From the NCBI GenBank assembly GCA_010356995.1, contig ML996704.1:1-64000 (forward strand): a DNA stretch of 64,000 bases, written 5' to 3'. Position numbers and translations under genes: made by a program. The notes under the pieces were generated by a model. The model ran no database searches. It saw only the letters and a list, made by a program, of their open reading frames with translations, and was not told the origin of the DNA. This document shows, in pieces, positions 41,564-53,526 of this stretch. This stretch comes from Trichodelitschia bisporula. Lineage: Eukaryota. The first letter of the stretch is position 1; each line of letters opens with the position of its first letter.

Positions 41564-42628
41564 TCAACAATCGTGACACACGCCGGACTCCGGTAACACC
41601 TCCTTCGCCTGTCTAGAGAACCAAAGCCAATCCATCCAGCCCCTAGTATACTCCTTCTCATCCCCATCCCAATCCCCATCTCCATCCAAATCCACCTTCC
41701 TCGCCTCCCCCATCCCCTCCTCCGCAATCACACCAATCTTCTCCCACTCCCCATACTCCAGTGCATCCTGACTAAACCTCATCGAAACCAGCGTGCGCAC
41801 TTGCTCATACGGGCTGGGAAAAACCGGATACACAACCCCATTCCCCCCCATCCTCGTCTTCACAAACGGCATCTTCCTCAACGGCAACTCAACCCACCGC
41901 ACATACGTCGAGCACACAAACCGAAACGGGTCCAGCTCCATGTGACATGGACTCCCCGTCCGGAAATGCGCCAGCATAACAGGCTGCACGCCCCACCACA
42001 CATCGCACAGCACAGCGCTGACATCGCAATCCACAAACGCCAGCGACGCGGGACTGCTCCACGCGCCCTTCCCCCGTTCCATCCGTCTCGCGGCAACTAC
42101 ATCTCCAAACGCCTGATTAAACGCATCACACGTCTCCGGCTCATCAATACACGTCCCCTCCCCCGGCAAACTCACAAAACTCCACTCCCGCCACCAATCC
42201 CCCCATCCCCGTTCCCCGCGCGCCCTCCCCCCGACATAAACCCACATCTCCTGCATCGAGTACTCCGCCGTCCAGTCCTCATACAGCTGCATCTGCGCCT
42301 TCCACGCTCCGCTCTGCAACTGCACGGCCTCCGGAATCAACGGATGTACCCTTTCGCTCCATGGCGTAGGCGGGGTGAGCGTCTCAGTGCTTAGATTCCA
42401 CCGCTTGAAGGAGTTGTACGTGCTGTCGACCTGCGCGTACGCGGCCTGCTGGGCGAAGTACACGGCTTCGTGGCGCGAGGCGAGGTGCGTGGTGAGGAGG
42501 CCGGCGAGGATGGGGAGGGCGGCGAGGAGGATGGTGAGGCCGAGGAGTTTGGCTATACGTTTGCAGGTTAGGAGGGAGAGGAAGAGGCGCGCGTAGCGGA
42601 GGAGGGTCCGGAGGTGGAGGAGTTGCAT
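41564..42628 (-). CDS. Membrane-anchored fungal protein with possible divergent thioredoxin-like domain
   Basis: Intronless 354-aa ORF with N-terminal hydrophobic helices. Cys pattern EMWVYVGG...TC...C...LAFVDCDVSAVLCDVW resembles secretory thioredoxin-fold proteins. No CxxC active site. Confidence 0.6.
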   Translation of the reverse strand: MQLLHLRTLLRYARLFLSLLTCKRIAKLLGLTILLAALPILAGLLTTHLASRHEAVYFAQQAAYAQVDSTYNSFKRWNLSTETLTPPTPWSERVHPLIPEAVQLQSGAWKAQMQLYEDWTAEYSMQEMWVYVGGRARGERGWGDWWREWSFVSLPGEGTCIDEPETCDAFNQAFGDVVAARRMERGKGAWSSPASLAFVDCDVSAVLCDVWWGVQPVMLAHFRTGSPCHMELDPFRFVCSTYVRWVELPLRKMPFVKTRMGGNGVVYPVFPSPYEQVRTLVSMRFSQDALEYGEWEKIGVIAEEGMGEARKVDLDGDGDWDGDEKEYTRGWMDWLWFSRQAKEVLPESGVCHDC

Positions 42629-43596
42629 TATTTTGGTGGTTGGCCGTTATTTTCTTTGACGGAGCGGCATCTGCGTTTAAAGGTTGAAGGGCGTGAGCCA
42701 GGGGGCGGGTGGTGGCGCTAGGCTGCCTGGCATGGACCGGAGGTCTATTTTAACGTAGCCTAGGATGCGGGGACTTGCTGGTAAGGGACGGAAATGGGGT
42801 CTGGTTCGGCTTCACGGCTTGCAAGTGGGACTATGAGTTGAGAAAGAAGTTAAGAATGGTTTTAAGAGTTGAAATTCAGGTTCGATGTCATTTTATTTAA
42901 ACTTCTCGGAATAATAGAGACGCCCATCCGTCTTTTTGGACAGTGCGAAGTAAGCCCCTCGTTATCCACCTTGAGCCCGATGTCACCGTCAACAATCACG
43001 CAGGCACGATCAAGATATGGGTAAGACGTAGATTGTAAAGCTACGGAGCAAAGATGTTAGGGGCTACGGGTAAGTAGGCCTGGTGTGTGAGTGTGAGTGC
43101 GGCGACTTGGCACAGTGCCAAGCCCCATACAAATCCGGTAATGGTGCGAGCCCATGGAGCAGCAGAACCGGTTGTCATACCGTGACACCCGACACCAGAA
43201 ACACCGAGACCAGCCGCTCTGAGATGGTCTGAAATCAGGAAAATTGTTCCCCAGGCCACTTCTGAGAATGCTGAATTCTGGCGCTGGTTCTCGAGAACGT
43301 TGATGCCTTTTTTGATCGTGAACGTGCAATTCCGTATGATAGCTAATGGCGGAGACAGCTTGTTAATCACACCCGAGAGGGTCACGATGGCGGCGTGGGG
43401 GTTGGAGCGTATGAGGGCGCCGGCGCCGCCTGTCCTGGATAAGCAGCTAGAACTACGAAAGGGCCTACGGGGCCTACTGGAGTCAGCCTGATCGTCACTA
43501 GCCTGCTACACACTAGCTGGTTGCACACTTCGGTCTCAACAGCCCCGACTACGTGCTTGTAGGTAAGAGATGCAGAGTGTGGGGTCGTGCGCAAGT

Positions 43597-43747
43597 GGCG
43601 CGTAGAAATGACACGGTAGGCGTACTGGCTGTGGATTGAAGGCTTGAAGAACGATGTAGGAGTTTCGCGTGAGTGGTTGTGCATGGACGCAGCGTGAGAG
43701 GCGTGTAGAAATGGCAGTAGGCGTGCTGGCTGCGGATGAAGGCTTGA
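43597..43747. repeat. Degenerate ~50-bp direct duplication
   Basis: GGCGCGTAGAAATGACACGGTAGGCGTACTGGCTGTGGATTGAAGGCTTGA (43597-43647) versus GGCGTGTAGAAATGGCAGTAGGCGTGCTGGCTGCGGATGAAGGCTTGA (43700-43747). Confidence 0.75.
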
Positions 43748-44106
43748 GAGAGGCTGGGTACTCCGGGCTGATCTGCCGCTGGCGGATCTCGCGTCTTAGG
43801 ACGGCCTTGATAGGCTTGAAGTTTGGATATTCCGTCGACAGCGTGGGCGCAGACTCGATCGAGCCGACTAAGCGAGCGGCGCAGTCGGCGATATCGGGAT
43901 GGACCCTGACCATGGTGGGGGGGGGGGGGTGGGGTGGAGGTTGCTGCAGTGTAGGCTTACGTATGCGCAATGGCGATAATGAACGACAAGGCGACAGAGT
44001 GCCACGGGTAACTGGGATATCGAGTGCAACTGAATGCGTGACTGAAGTAGGGGTGTGGGGGTGTGGGTGAAGTGGAGTGAAAAGCCTGGTGGGGCGGGAT
44101 ATTAGA

Positions 44107-44300
44107 GGCAGCGGCCCCAGAACCCATAGAGGGATTGGAGACGCCCGTGAGTCCTGGAATAGTCGGGGTAGCGTTATATGTAGGTATGCTGCGAGAGGCA
44201 GCCCCAGAATCCTGGAGGGATTGGAGACGTCCGTGCGGATGGTAAGGCGATTAGAGGGAGCGCCGTCCTAGGGCTGCGCGGGCACCGTGAATCCTGGGAA
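44107..44300. repeat. Degenerate direct repeats, ~90-bp spacing
   Basis: GCCCCAGAA...GAGGGATTGGAGACG(C/T)CCGTG at about 44113 and 44201. CCGTGA(G/A)TCCTGG recurs at about 44145 and 44285. Confidence 0.65.
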
Positions 44301-44401
44301 TGGAAATGCAGCGGTAAGATTGTGCCGGGCCGCCCACCTCGTAAGGCATCGGCATCTTCCTCAGCTCTTCCGTATAGAGTTTGAGTGACGATGTATGTCG
44401 G

Positions 44402-44545
44402 AGTGTTGAAGTGTTGAAGTGTTGAAGTGGTGAGGTGGAAAGTGAATAGGGGAGGAAGGTGTGAGATATATGTGGAGAGTTGAAGTGGTGAGGTAGACTG
44501 AGAACAGAGGAGGAAGTTGTGAGATATATATGTTGAGAGATAGAG
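44402..44545. repeat. Purine-rich minisatellite (8-bp unit x3, then 58-bp unit x2)
   Basis: (AGTGTTGA)3, then GTTGAAGTGGTGAGGT...GGAGGAAG.TGTGAGATATAT starting at 44421 and again at 44479. Confidence 0.75.
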
Positions 44546-44997
44546 AGGTGGAGATGTTGAGGAGAAGAAGAAGAAGAGCAGTGCGAGGAAGATATTTATC
44601 AAGCAAGTGGAGGTCCGTGCTGACGTGGTTGCCATTCACGGCAGGCGCTATCGGTGGATGCGGAGTCAGCGTCGAACAGTGAGGAAGGCACGAGGGGGCA
44701 GTTCCTCACCGCTGCAAAGTCTCAGCCCGATACCGGTATGACGCCGTTTGCAAGGCGTCATCGGTGAGGGAACTTGATAGACACCATTCGAAGGCCTCGA
44801 AGGCACTCAATCCCCTTAAGCCTCCTTCAGCCTTGTCCACGGTATATAGCAAGTGATAAGATCGATTCTGCTGAACATAAGCGCTTAAAAACAACACAGG
44901 CCATCAATCATATCCACATCCCATCCCATCCCATCCATCCCACCGCCCAGCAGCGCAAAGAACAAAGCAAAGGGTATCCCCCTCCAACAACAACACA

Positions 44998-47495
44998 TCA
45001 ATAATCCACAAGCGTCAACTTCCTCCCCACCCCCCTCCTCCCCCTAACCTGTTGAACCGGCGTCGCACCCCCAGCCTGCCCCTCCTGCGTCTCCTCCTCC
45101 TCCCTGCTCGCCCTCAGCGCACTCTGCAACAACCCCGCGTCGAAGAAGCCATACCCGCCCAACCCTTCATCATCACTATCAGAACTCACAGCAGACACCC
45201 TGCTACTCCTCAACCCATCACTAAAAATATTCCTTCCCCTCCTCTTCCGCCTCTCACTCGGCTCAGGCGGCGGCAATGAGGGCCTCACACTCGGCGCCCT
45301 CTGCGTTTGCCGGAGCAGTTTCCGCACTTCGAGGAAATACGCCTCGAGGCCTTCCACGAAGCGTTCTGTTTGGCGGTGCTTCGACGAGGCGCAAATCGCC
45401 ACACTCCCATCCTTAATAATATATCCGAGCCCAAACCCATCGCCGGACGTCGGACCGAAGCCAAAGTGCCGTAGGCTCGGGTTGCCGCAGTTGCTCGTGC
45501 TGAGCACAGTAGTATTCATCCGCTCCCACCCCGCATCGCCAAACAGTGCGGGCATATGCGCAAGCGGCGGACTCGAGCGGCCCGACGAACTCGCGCGGAG
45601 CCGCGGTGGCGAACAACTCGTCGTCGGGCTCACCGTCGAACTCGGACTCGGTGACGTAACCGGGCTCGGCGCGTCCCAAAACGCCTCCTGCCCCCGCTGC
45701 CAAAGACAATACAACGCATAAAGATGCCGATCATGCCCCCTCGCCTTCGCACACTCGCGCGTAACCGCAACATGGCGCTCACACGCCTTCCTCAAAGCAT
45801 CAATCTTAGCTTGAGCAGGCTGATCCGCCCAAAACGTGCGCACGAACTCCACGCTCTCGTCCGTGACGGGGCGAATCGCCTCCGTCCTTCCGTGGTAGAA
45901 GGCTTTCGTCATGGCGGGCTCGTACACGCATTCTATCCGCCCGTAGAGCCCGTAGTACGCCGCTTGGAACGCCATTTGCACGAATGCGTCGGGGGAGAAG
46001 CCGCTGCCGGTCATGAGCGTCTTTCCGTAGGCTGAGAAGTCGAGGGTTGCGAATTCGGATTGCTGGATTAGATCCGCGAGACGCGTCTCGGCAAACCGGA
46101 GTGCGGTCCCGAGTTCGGGCTCCATGTCCCACTCGAGTTTATGCGGCGTAGTCTGCGCGTCGCCGAACGACGCGGGGTCGCGCTTGCTCGGGTCCGGGCT
46201 CGTACTCGCCCACAAACTAGGTGCTTGGCCGTTAATCGTGCGCGCAAAGCGCAGAATCGTATCCGTGTACACGTCGCTCGCGAACCGCAGCACGGTGTGC
46301 CCATCCACGCCCGTGTGCTCGAAGTTAATCCCCGCGGACCCGTTCTTGCACACTATGATCTGCAACTTGTCATACCAGCGATTGGTGCACGTGCCGACCT
46401 GGACGCCGCGCTCGACGCGGCTCGTCCCGCAGAGCATGTTCATGCACAGCGCGGACCCGGTGGCCGGCTCGGTGTAATCGAGACACAGGACGAAGAGCGC
46501 GGAGTCGACGATGGAGAGACACTCGCTGTTATTGCTCCCCTCATCCCTTTGCAGGACATCGCGGAGTCCAGACCAGATCTTGCGGTTTTCGGTCGTGAGG
46601 ACGCCGACTGCGCCGCGGGCGGCGTCTTGGATGGGCACCTGTGCTGCATCATCAATAATGACCTGCAGGTTCAGCGCGAGGTTCTTCTCTGAGATGATGA
46701 GGTCGGAGTTATCGTCCAGCACGTCGAACCAGTAGAACTGGCCGTGCGCAAGGACGACGATGTGTTTCGCAGCCGGGTCCTGTCCGATTTGGCAGCCCGC
46801 TTCGGTGGGGATCCGGGCCGTGCCGAAGAGTCGGCTGTACTGGTACATGTCCAGGGGCTGGCCGCGGACGGTGTCGGGAGGGAGTTCCTCCTTGCGGACG
46901 GCGCGGACGAAGGCGAGTGCTGAGACGACGAGGGATGCGGCGCGGGTGACTTGGTTGTTGCGGGCCGGGGTCGGGTCGTCTTCGAGGAGGAAGAAGGGGT
47001 TGAGGTTGAGGACGACGGGGTTGTCGTAGTTGAGGTACGAATCATACCCTGAAAGGGGTCAGCCTTGCCTCCTCAAACAAGTAAAAGAGAGGCACACGTA
47101 CAGAACTGCTCAATATAATTCGCCTTCCCCTTCGCATACTTCCTCAACTTCTCCTGCAACTCGGGCCCATCCCCCCTCAAAAACTCCGCCACCGCCGCCT
47201 TCGTCTCATAATGCTCCTTAGGCGTCTGCAGCGGCCTCAACGAATCAAGATACTTCTGGCACGTGCTTTCCAAATCCGGAATCGGCAGTTCAGGCAGGCT
47301 GTCCTGGCTCGCGAACGTGATTCCCGGCCGTGAAGCCGGGTTCGTATATGCCCCAAGCGGGTTTTTGGAGCTTTCGGGGTAGGCCTGCGCGGAGTCTTTG
47401 GCGGCCTGCGGGGAGCGGGCTGGTTCTTCAGGCATGGTGGCGAGGGCGAGGGTCCCGTTTAGGGAGGTGGGGCGGGTGAAGGTACGGACTGCCAT
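44998..47495 (-). CDS. YAT1: Carnitine O-acetyltransferase (Yat1/FacC type)
   Basis: LPELPIPDLESTC, WYDSYLNYDNPVVLNLNPFF, NRWYDKLQ, catalytic FEHTGVDG, GRTEAIR and LSTSNCG. One intron at 47049-47101. The start could instead be the second Met at 47434. Confidence 0.95.
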
Positions 47496-48799
47496 GGTCA
47501 GTCAGGGCGGGGGCATGGGATGTAGGTACGGGTAGCAGTAGCAATGAAACGGGGGAGGCGTGGTGTTCAAGTACTACCCCTAGGCCCTGACACCGGGAGC
47601 TGGTGTCAGGGCCCGGGCGGGTGGAACGTGGTGCGGGATATTCACCGAACACATGGACGAAGGGAAGTCGGGTCAGGACAGGGCGGGACGTACCTCGTGG
47701 GAGCAGCGGGTGTGGCGGGAGATCAAGCCGCGGGCCTTTGCGCGGAGGGCAAGGATCAGCAAGCAGCCTTACGGCTACGGTACAGTACGAAGAGCGGGTG
47801 GGCGTGCGGAATCGCGGGTGAACGATGGAATCTCGTGATTACAGCAGGACCCGTGATGAGGGCAGCGGGGAGGTTGATGGGGCGGAAAAGGAATGCCGCG
47901 GGAGATGCGGTTATGTAGGCAGTGCCGGCGGAGGGATTGCGGTGCGATTTGTACGGGGGCTTTTTGGGGGGCGATGGCGATGGACGTGTGAGCGCGGCTG
48001 AGGGGATGCGCTGGGTGGGCAATTGGTGGGGGCGGGGGAGGGGAATCTGGGGTCTCCACGGGGTGAGGGAGATGCGCGTGTGGGGTGAGAATATGGGGAA
48101 GCGGAAGCGCGGACGAGAGGAAGGTGTTTGAGGAGGGGGAGTTGCCGAGATGGAGCTAGCGGGTGAGGGGATTATCGGAGAGGACTGGGCGGATGGAGGG
48201 CGAAGCTGTGAGGGACTGAACTTGAATTTGGGGTTCGTGATATTGGCCGCTAGGGGAGGTGATGATGATACTGTGGAGTCGTCGTCGAGCTGTCAGAAAT
48301 TAGACATCTGGGCACGAGACAGGACTACCAGACGGAGAAGATGATGCCGTTAACAACAGACACCGTCGACAGAACGGCACGTACCGGTAGCAGTAAAAGA
48401 ACAAGAAGTGAGAAAAGAAGTCAAAAGAGATCACACCATCCCATCTCCCCCACACGAGGTGATCTAACCTCTCACGATCGCCATCCCGTGCTTCCCCGCC
48501 CTCAACCCCGCGATGCAGAGACACCCCCCTCCCCCCATGACGCAGCCGTACAGCCCTTAACGATCCAGACCGCGCTCGGCGCTGCACATGTCTCCCCTCC
48601 GCGCTCAACACCACGCGGGGATCTCCGACTGCCGCATCGGGCGCAAATACCACCACATCTCCCCATCCGTCCTTCGCGACGTCCCTCCCCGCGTTGCGCC
48701 ATCCCGCGCACGCCTCCCCCGCCACCCCCCACGCCCCCTCGCGCGCCGTGCCCAAACACCGCCGCACCGCGTCATGCACACCCCCCCACCACCATCCCA

Positions 48800-49181
48800 A
48801 TGACCGACCTCCTCCGGACACTACCCGATTTCTCAACGGCGCCCTTCTCGCACCTCCTCCCGTCGCTAGATCGCACGCATATCACAACGGCCGATCTCCT
48901 CACCCTCGATGCCGGCGACGTAGCGAAACGGGCACAGCTCCCCCCCGCGGAGGTCGCGAAACTGACGCGGGCAGTGGTTGACGCGCTACACACGGACTTG
49001 GGCGTGGGAGATGGAGTTGGGGATAAAGAGAATGGCGATGCGGGCCGAAAGGGAGATCTCAGTAAAGATGATGGTTTTCGGGCAATCAGCACGCTCGACC
49101 CGGTCCTCGACGATGCGCTGGGCGGCGGCATACCACGCGGCTTCGTAACCGAGATCACAGGCGCGAGGTACATCCCCATAT

Positions 49182-49238
<57 letters not shown>

Positions 49239-50056
49239 ACCACCAACTAACGCCCCCCAGCGGCGCCGGCAAAACCCAATTCCCCCACCCCCTCCTCCTC
49301 TCCTCGCAACTCCCCCCCAACCCCAACCCCCCTTCTACCAGTATCTACATCTCCACCGAAGCCCCCCTCTCCACCCCGCGCCTCGCCCAAATCCTCACCC
49401 ACAACACCGCCCTCCGCACCCTCCCCTCAGCTCACTGCCCCTCCCTCACCAACATCCTCGCCATCCAGACCCCGGACCTCGAATCCCAAGACCACATCCT
49501 TTACTACCAACTCCCCGTCGCCATAGAGCGGCACAGTGCACGCCTCGTAGTCATAGACTCCATCGCCGCAAACTACCGCGCCGAAATCGGCACCCGCGTC
49601 GCCGGTGGGCCGCACCCGCTCGCCCTCCGCCGCGCGCACCTCCAACGCACAGGCGCGCACCTCCGCTCCCTCGCCTTAAAATACAACATCGCAATCGTAG
49701 TCGCAAACCAAGTCGCCGACCGGTTCGAAGCGGAGCTCTCCCCCCGCTCCGGCGGCGACGGTATCACGCCCGACCCGCTTGCATTGGATCATCAGCAGCG
49801 GTGGTTTACAGGCTGGGGAGACGGGCCCACGAGGGGCCAGCCCAAGACGCCGTCCCTGGGGTTGGTGTGGGCGAATCAGATAGCGGCGCGGATAGCGCTG
49901 GTGCGGGAGGAGGAGGGGGAGGGGGAGAGGAGGAGGTGGATGAAGGTTGTGTGGGCGGCGTGGTGTGCGGCGACTACGGGGGAGGGGGTGGAGTATGAGG
50001 TTTGGGGTGGGGGGGTTAGGGGGGTGAGGGAGGAAGGAGGTGTACCCGATGAGTGA
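48800..50056 (+). CDS. RAD57: Rad51 paralogue Rad57/XRCC3
   Basis: Starts MTDLL. ISTLDPVLDDALGGGI; Walker A GASGAGKT after splicing intron 49168-49260; IYISTE; Walker B LVVIDSIAANYR; VVANQV; PSLGLVWANQI. Confidence 0.92.
49183..49238 (+). repeat. 56-nt poly(C) tract inside the RAD57 intron
   Basis: Homopolymer lying between the GTACAT donor and the CTAAC branch point. Confidence 0.9.
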
Positions 50057-50708
50057 TGGATATTGAGGATGTCTTGAGGACTGAACCATAGTGATTAGTG
50101 ATATCAAGCTGAGAGACGGTAGAGCCTGAGTTGAGTGTCCTGCAAGCTGGCTACTTAGCGAATGGCAGGATATTGGGATTTCATGTATCACATGTCACGA
50201 AGCTTCAGCGACGAAAATGCATTCAACCTAAAAAACCGCACCAGCAACCAAAACACCAAAAACACCAAAAACACCATCACCACCCCCGTGACCACACCAT
50301 CGTGACCACCACGTGCATCTCACGGACCATCTCCCCTTCCACTTCCCCTCCCCACAACGCTCACTAGATTCTTAAACCAGAGCAACGAAAACCCAAACCC
50401 AACTCCTTCCGCCTCCTCATAAACCCAACCCAACCCATCCACCCAAACCAAGCCAAAACCACCCATAACCATCCACAAAGCGAAGCGAAGCGAAGAATTA
50501 AGACGCATCAAAGCCCATACGAAAAAAGTGCCAGGCCATACTTCAATATCACAAAGCAATTCCCATCGAAAAAAAAACGGTCCTATCCACCCCGTCAATC
50601 GATACCCCACCAGCCGAGTATCAGTGAGTAACAACCATCCAGTTTCGTAGCCGACAAAATCACACGCTTCCCACAAGCATCAATACCAAACCCCTCAAAC
50701 CATGACAC

Positions 50709-51619
50709 CTACTTCCCGTCTCCAACCTCCACACTCCCCGCCTTCTTAAAGTCCGGCGTAATCCCCGCATTCTCACACGCAGCGCGGTACACCGCCAGCT
50801 CCTCCAGCGCCTGCACCTTCTCCGCCTTGATGCGGTCACAGCTCGCCGACAGCTCGTTGATCGCCTGGTCGAGAAGCAGCTTCTCCAGCGTCCACTTCTC
50901 AATGTTTTGAGATTCGTTATCCTTCAGCTGCGTAATGTACTGCACCGCACGCTGGAGGATCGATCCCTTGTTCTTCTCGCAGCCAGGTACAATCTTGGCC
51001 AGCTCATTGATACCTTCGTTGATGGTCTCGCGACGACGACGCTCGACTTGTGCGCGTTAGCGACACTCCGAATACGAAAACAACGACGAAACCTACCCTC
51101 CTTGTGGTTGTCACGCCGCACACGATGCCACTCCTCACTCCCAACCGCCGGCTTCTGCGTCGGCGTCCCCTGCGGCCCACTCCCAGCCTCCTTCAACTGC
51201 TCCTCAAGCCCATGATACGGCGTACCACCCATAAACGACCCATCAGCCATCTGCTGCGGCGCCTGGTACTGCACGACAAGCGCCTCAGCGACACTGTTCG
51301 GCTGCGGCTGCGGAGCGAGGTTGTAGTGGCTAAGGGCTGCCTGCGCCGTGTCGCTCGCCGAGCTCGTCGCGACGCCCTGGCCTCCAGCACCGGAACCGCC
51401 GTTGGCATGAAGTTCGTGCGCGCCCGAGTTGTGGGCAATCAGCTGGCTCATGGCTTGCTCGTCGTACTCGATGTCGTGGTCCTGCGTCGCCATATCGGAG
51501 CCCCGCGTCGGCGGCGGCGGGTACGCGGGAGCGGGGCGCGCCTCGTGGTGCTCAGCCGCAGCACGCTTACGCTTATTCGAAGAATGATGCGAAGACGTCG
51601 TAGTTTCCTGAGCCATCAT
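50709..51619 (-). CDS. CBF1: bHLH-leucine-zipper transcription factor Cbf1 (centromere/promoter factor)
   Basis: After intron 51047-51096 it reads KPAVGSEEWHRVRRDNHKEVERRRRETINEGINELAKIVPGCEKNKGSILQRAVQYI...NIEKWTLEKLL. Confidence 0.93.
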
Positions 51620-53526
51620 AGAGGCGGTTCTGCGTCAAAAGATGATGCGGCTGCTGAATGCACGACTGCTTGCTGCGGCTGGCGAGGAGAAAAAAGTTAG
51701 CCATGCTTGCTACGAAAATACAAGGCAATTGTGCCGTGATTGCTCCCCGGCGACGAGCGAGGCCACGACGGGAACAAACACGCGCTGCCCGCTGCACGTA
51801 GCCTGCCCCTCGTTCGCGCGGCCGTTGGGTCGCCTCATGTCGTTGCCAAGAGCAGCGTTGCGCTGCGGACAGCTGATAAGCTGCCTGGTGCTGCACCCCG
51901 CAAACCGCCGTCCACTGGCCCGCACCTCACTCACCCTCACTCACCACTCCACTGCGACGCATCGCAAACGTTGTCGACGCGTATGAGAGCGCGCGATGCA
52001 GCATGCGCAGTGACAGAGGAGGTTCGCAGTGAAGAAGAGGCATTGCGGGCGCATGCGCCGCGGCGGCGGACGGAGACGTAGGCAAGCACAGCGACAACGA
52101 CGACGCGGAGCCCAGGCGCAAAAGCGCAGTCGATCACAGTGATCTCAGCGATCTCAGCGGCTCTCTGCGCGTTGCAAGAGGCGAAAGGCGCGAGCAAACC
52201 GGCGCGGAATGAAGAAAGTGGTGAGGACTTACTCGTGGTGCGCGACTGGATGGTGTCAAGTCACGGGAAGGTGGAAGAAAGCGTGATCTCCAGAAAGAGG
52301 GTCGGGGCGTTGCGAAATGGTGGAGGAAAATGGGTTCAGACGAAGAGGCGGGGGGGTGGTAGGAAAAGAGATTTGGAAAGTGACCGACGCAAATCGACAA
52401 CAAGCTTTGCAAGGCGATGGCAGGGCGATATGGCAAGTTGCGTGAAGAATTATTCACCAGGAGTCGTTGCACATTCACTGATTTCCTCTCCTCTCTCTCT
52501 CTCTCTCTTTCGTTGCTGATGCTGATGGATCGAAGAGGGTATGAGGTTGTCAGGTGATGATGATGAAGGTAACGTGAGAGAGTTTCTTGGAGGGTGGGGG
52601 GGGGGAAAGTGGCAGGTGATGAGGGCGGGAGGGGGAGGGAAGCACGGGGAAGAAAGTCTTGGGAGACGCGGAAAGAGCAAAGGGCCGCGGAAAGAGCAAA
52701 GGGCACGGGGAAACTGGACGGAGGGGACGGAGTGGAGGGAGTGGACGCGTCGGCCTTTCTATTGCCCACCCCCGTGCCCCCCATCCAAGCCGACCAAGTC
52801 GAACCTGACCACTCACATCCAACCAATGATGGCACGCGCTCGCCCATCCCAAGTCGCCGCCAACCCCCTTCGGCCCAAGTCACATGTACCACCCCCCCGT
52901 AAGAGCTTAGTCTCGCCTGACCTTCACGTGAACACCGTCTCATCCGGCCAATCACGGGACTGCCCCGCCCTCCCTCCGCCCTCTTCTCATTTGGCCGACG
53001 ATATTGGGCTGATTTGAGGGCTGACAAAGCGTCGAGTCGGCCTGGATGGCGACTAACTTCGAGCCAAACTCTCGGGCTTCTCGGCTGAAATTGCCGAAAC
53101 ATACGGCTAGATTCCCTTGTTTCCCGTTTTGTCTATCAACAGGTCCGCGGATTGGAAGTCCGCAACAGAAGAGTAAAAGAAGTGGCCCTCGAGTTTCCGT
53201 TCCAAGCTCCATCGCTTTCCCATAGGCCACCAGCCACTTGAACCAGATTCCAAAGAAGATCCACACGCAAGAACGCTATCACGACAATTCGCCCTCCAAG
53301 AAGAATGAACTCATCAGCTCCGCGGGCGATTGCCCTCCATCGCCTGCATCCCTAGCATCCAAATCCTGCCCAGTCCTACACCCAGTCCCACGTCCGACCC
53401 CTATTGCCGTACCAACCCCCCAAACGTCCCCCGCTATTAAACCCATAGACTGAGAAGAGCGCTGTCCCCTTCATAACCTCGTAACCCGTTCCCCAGAAAC
53501 GCCAACGCTCCCGCTCCCAAAACTCA

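Noticed and set aside
48341..48799. 153-aa upstream extension and polyproline segment in the 571-aa RAD57 ORF
   Set aside because: The extension is low-complexity C-rich leader sequence. The polyproline is the translated poly(C) intron.
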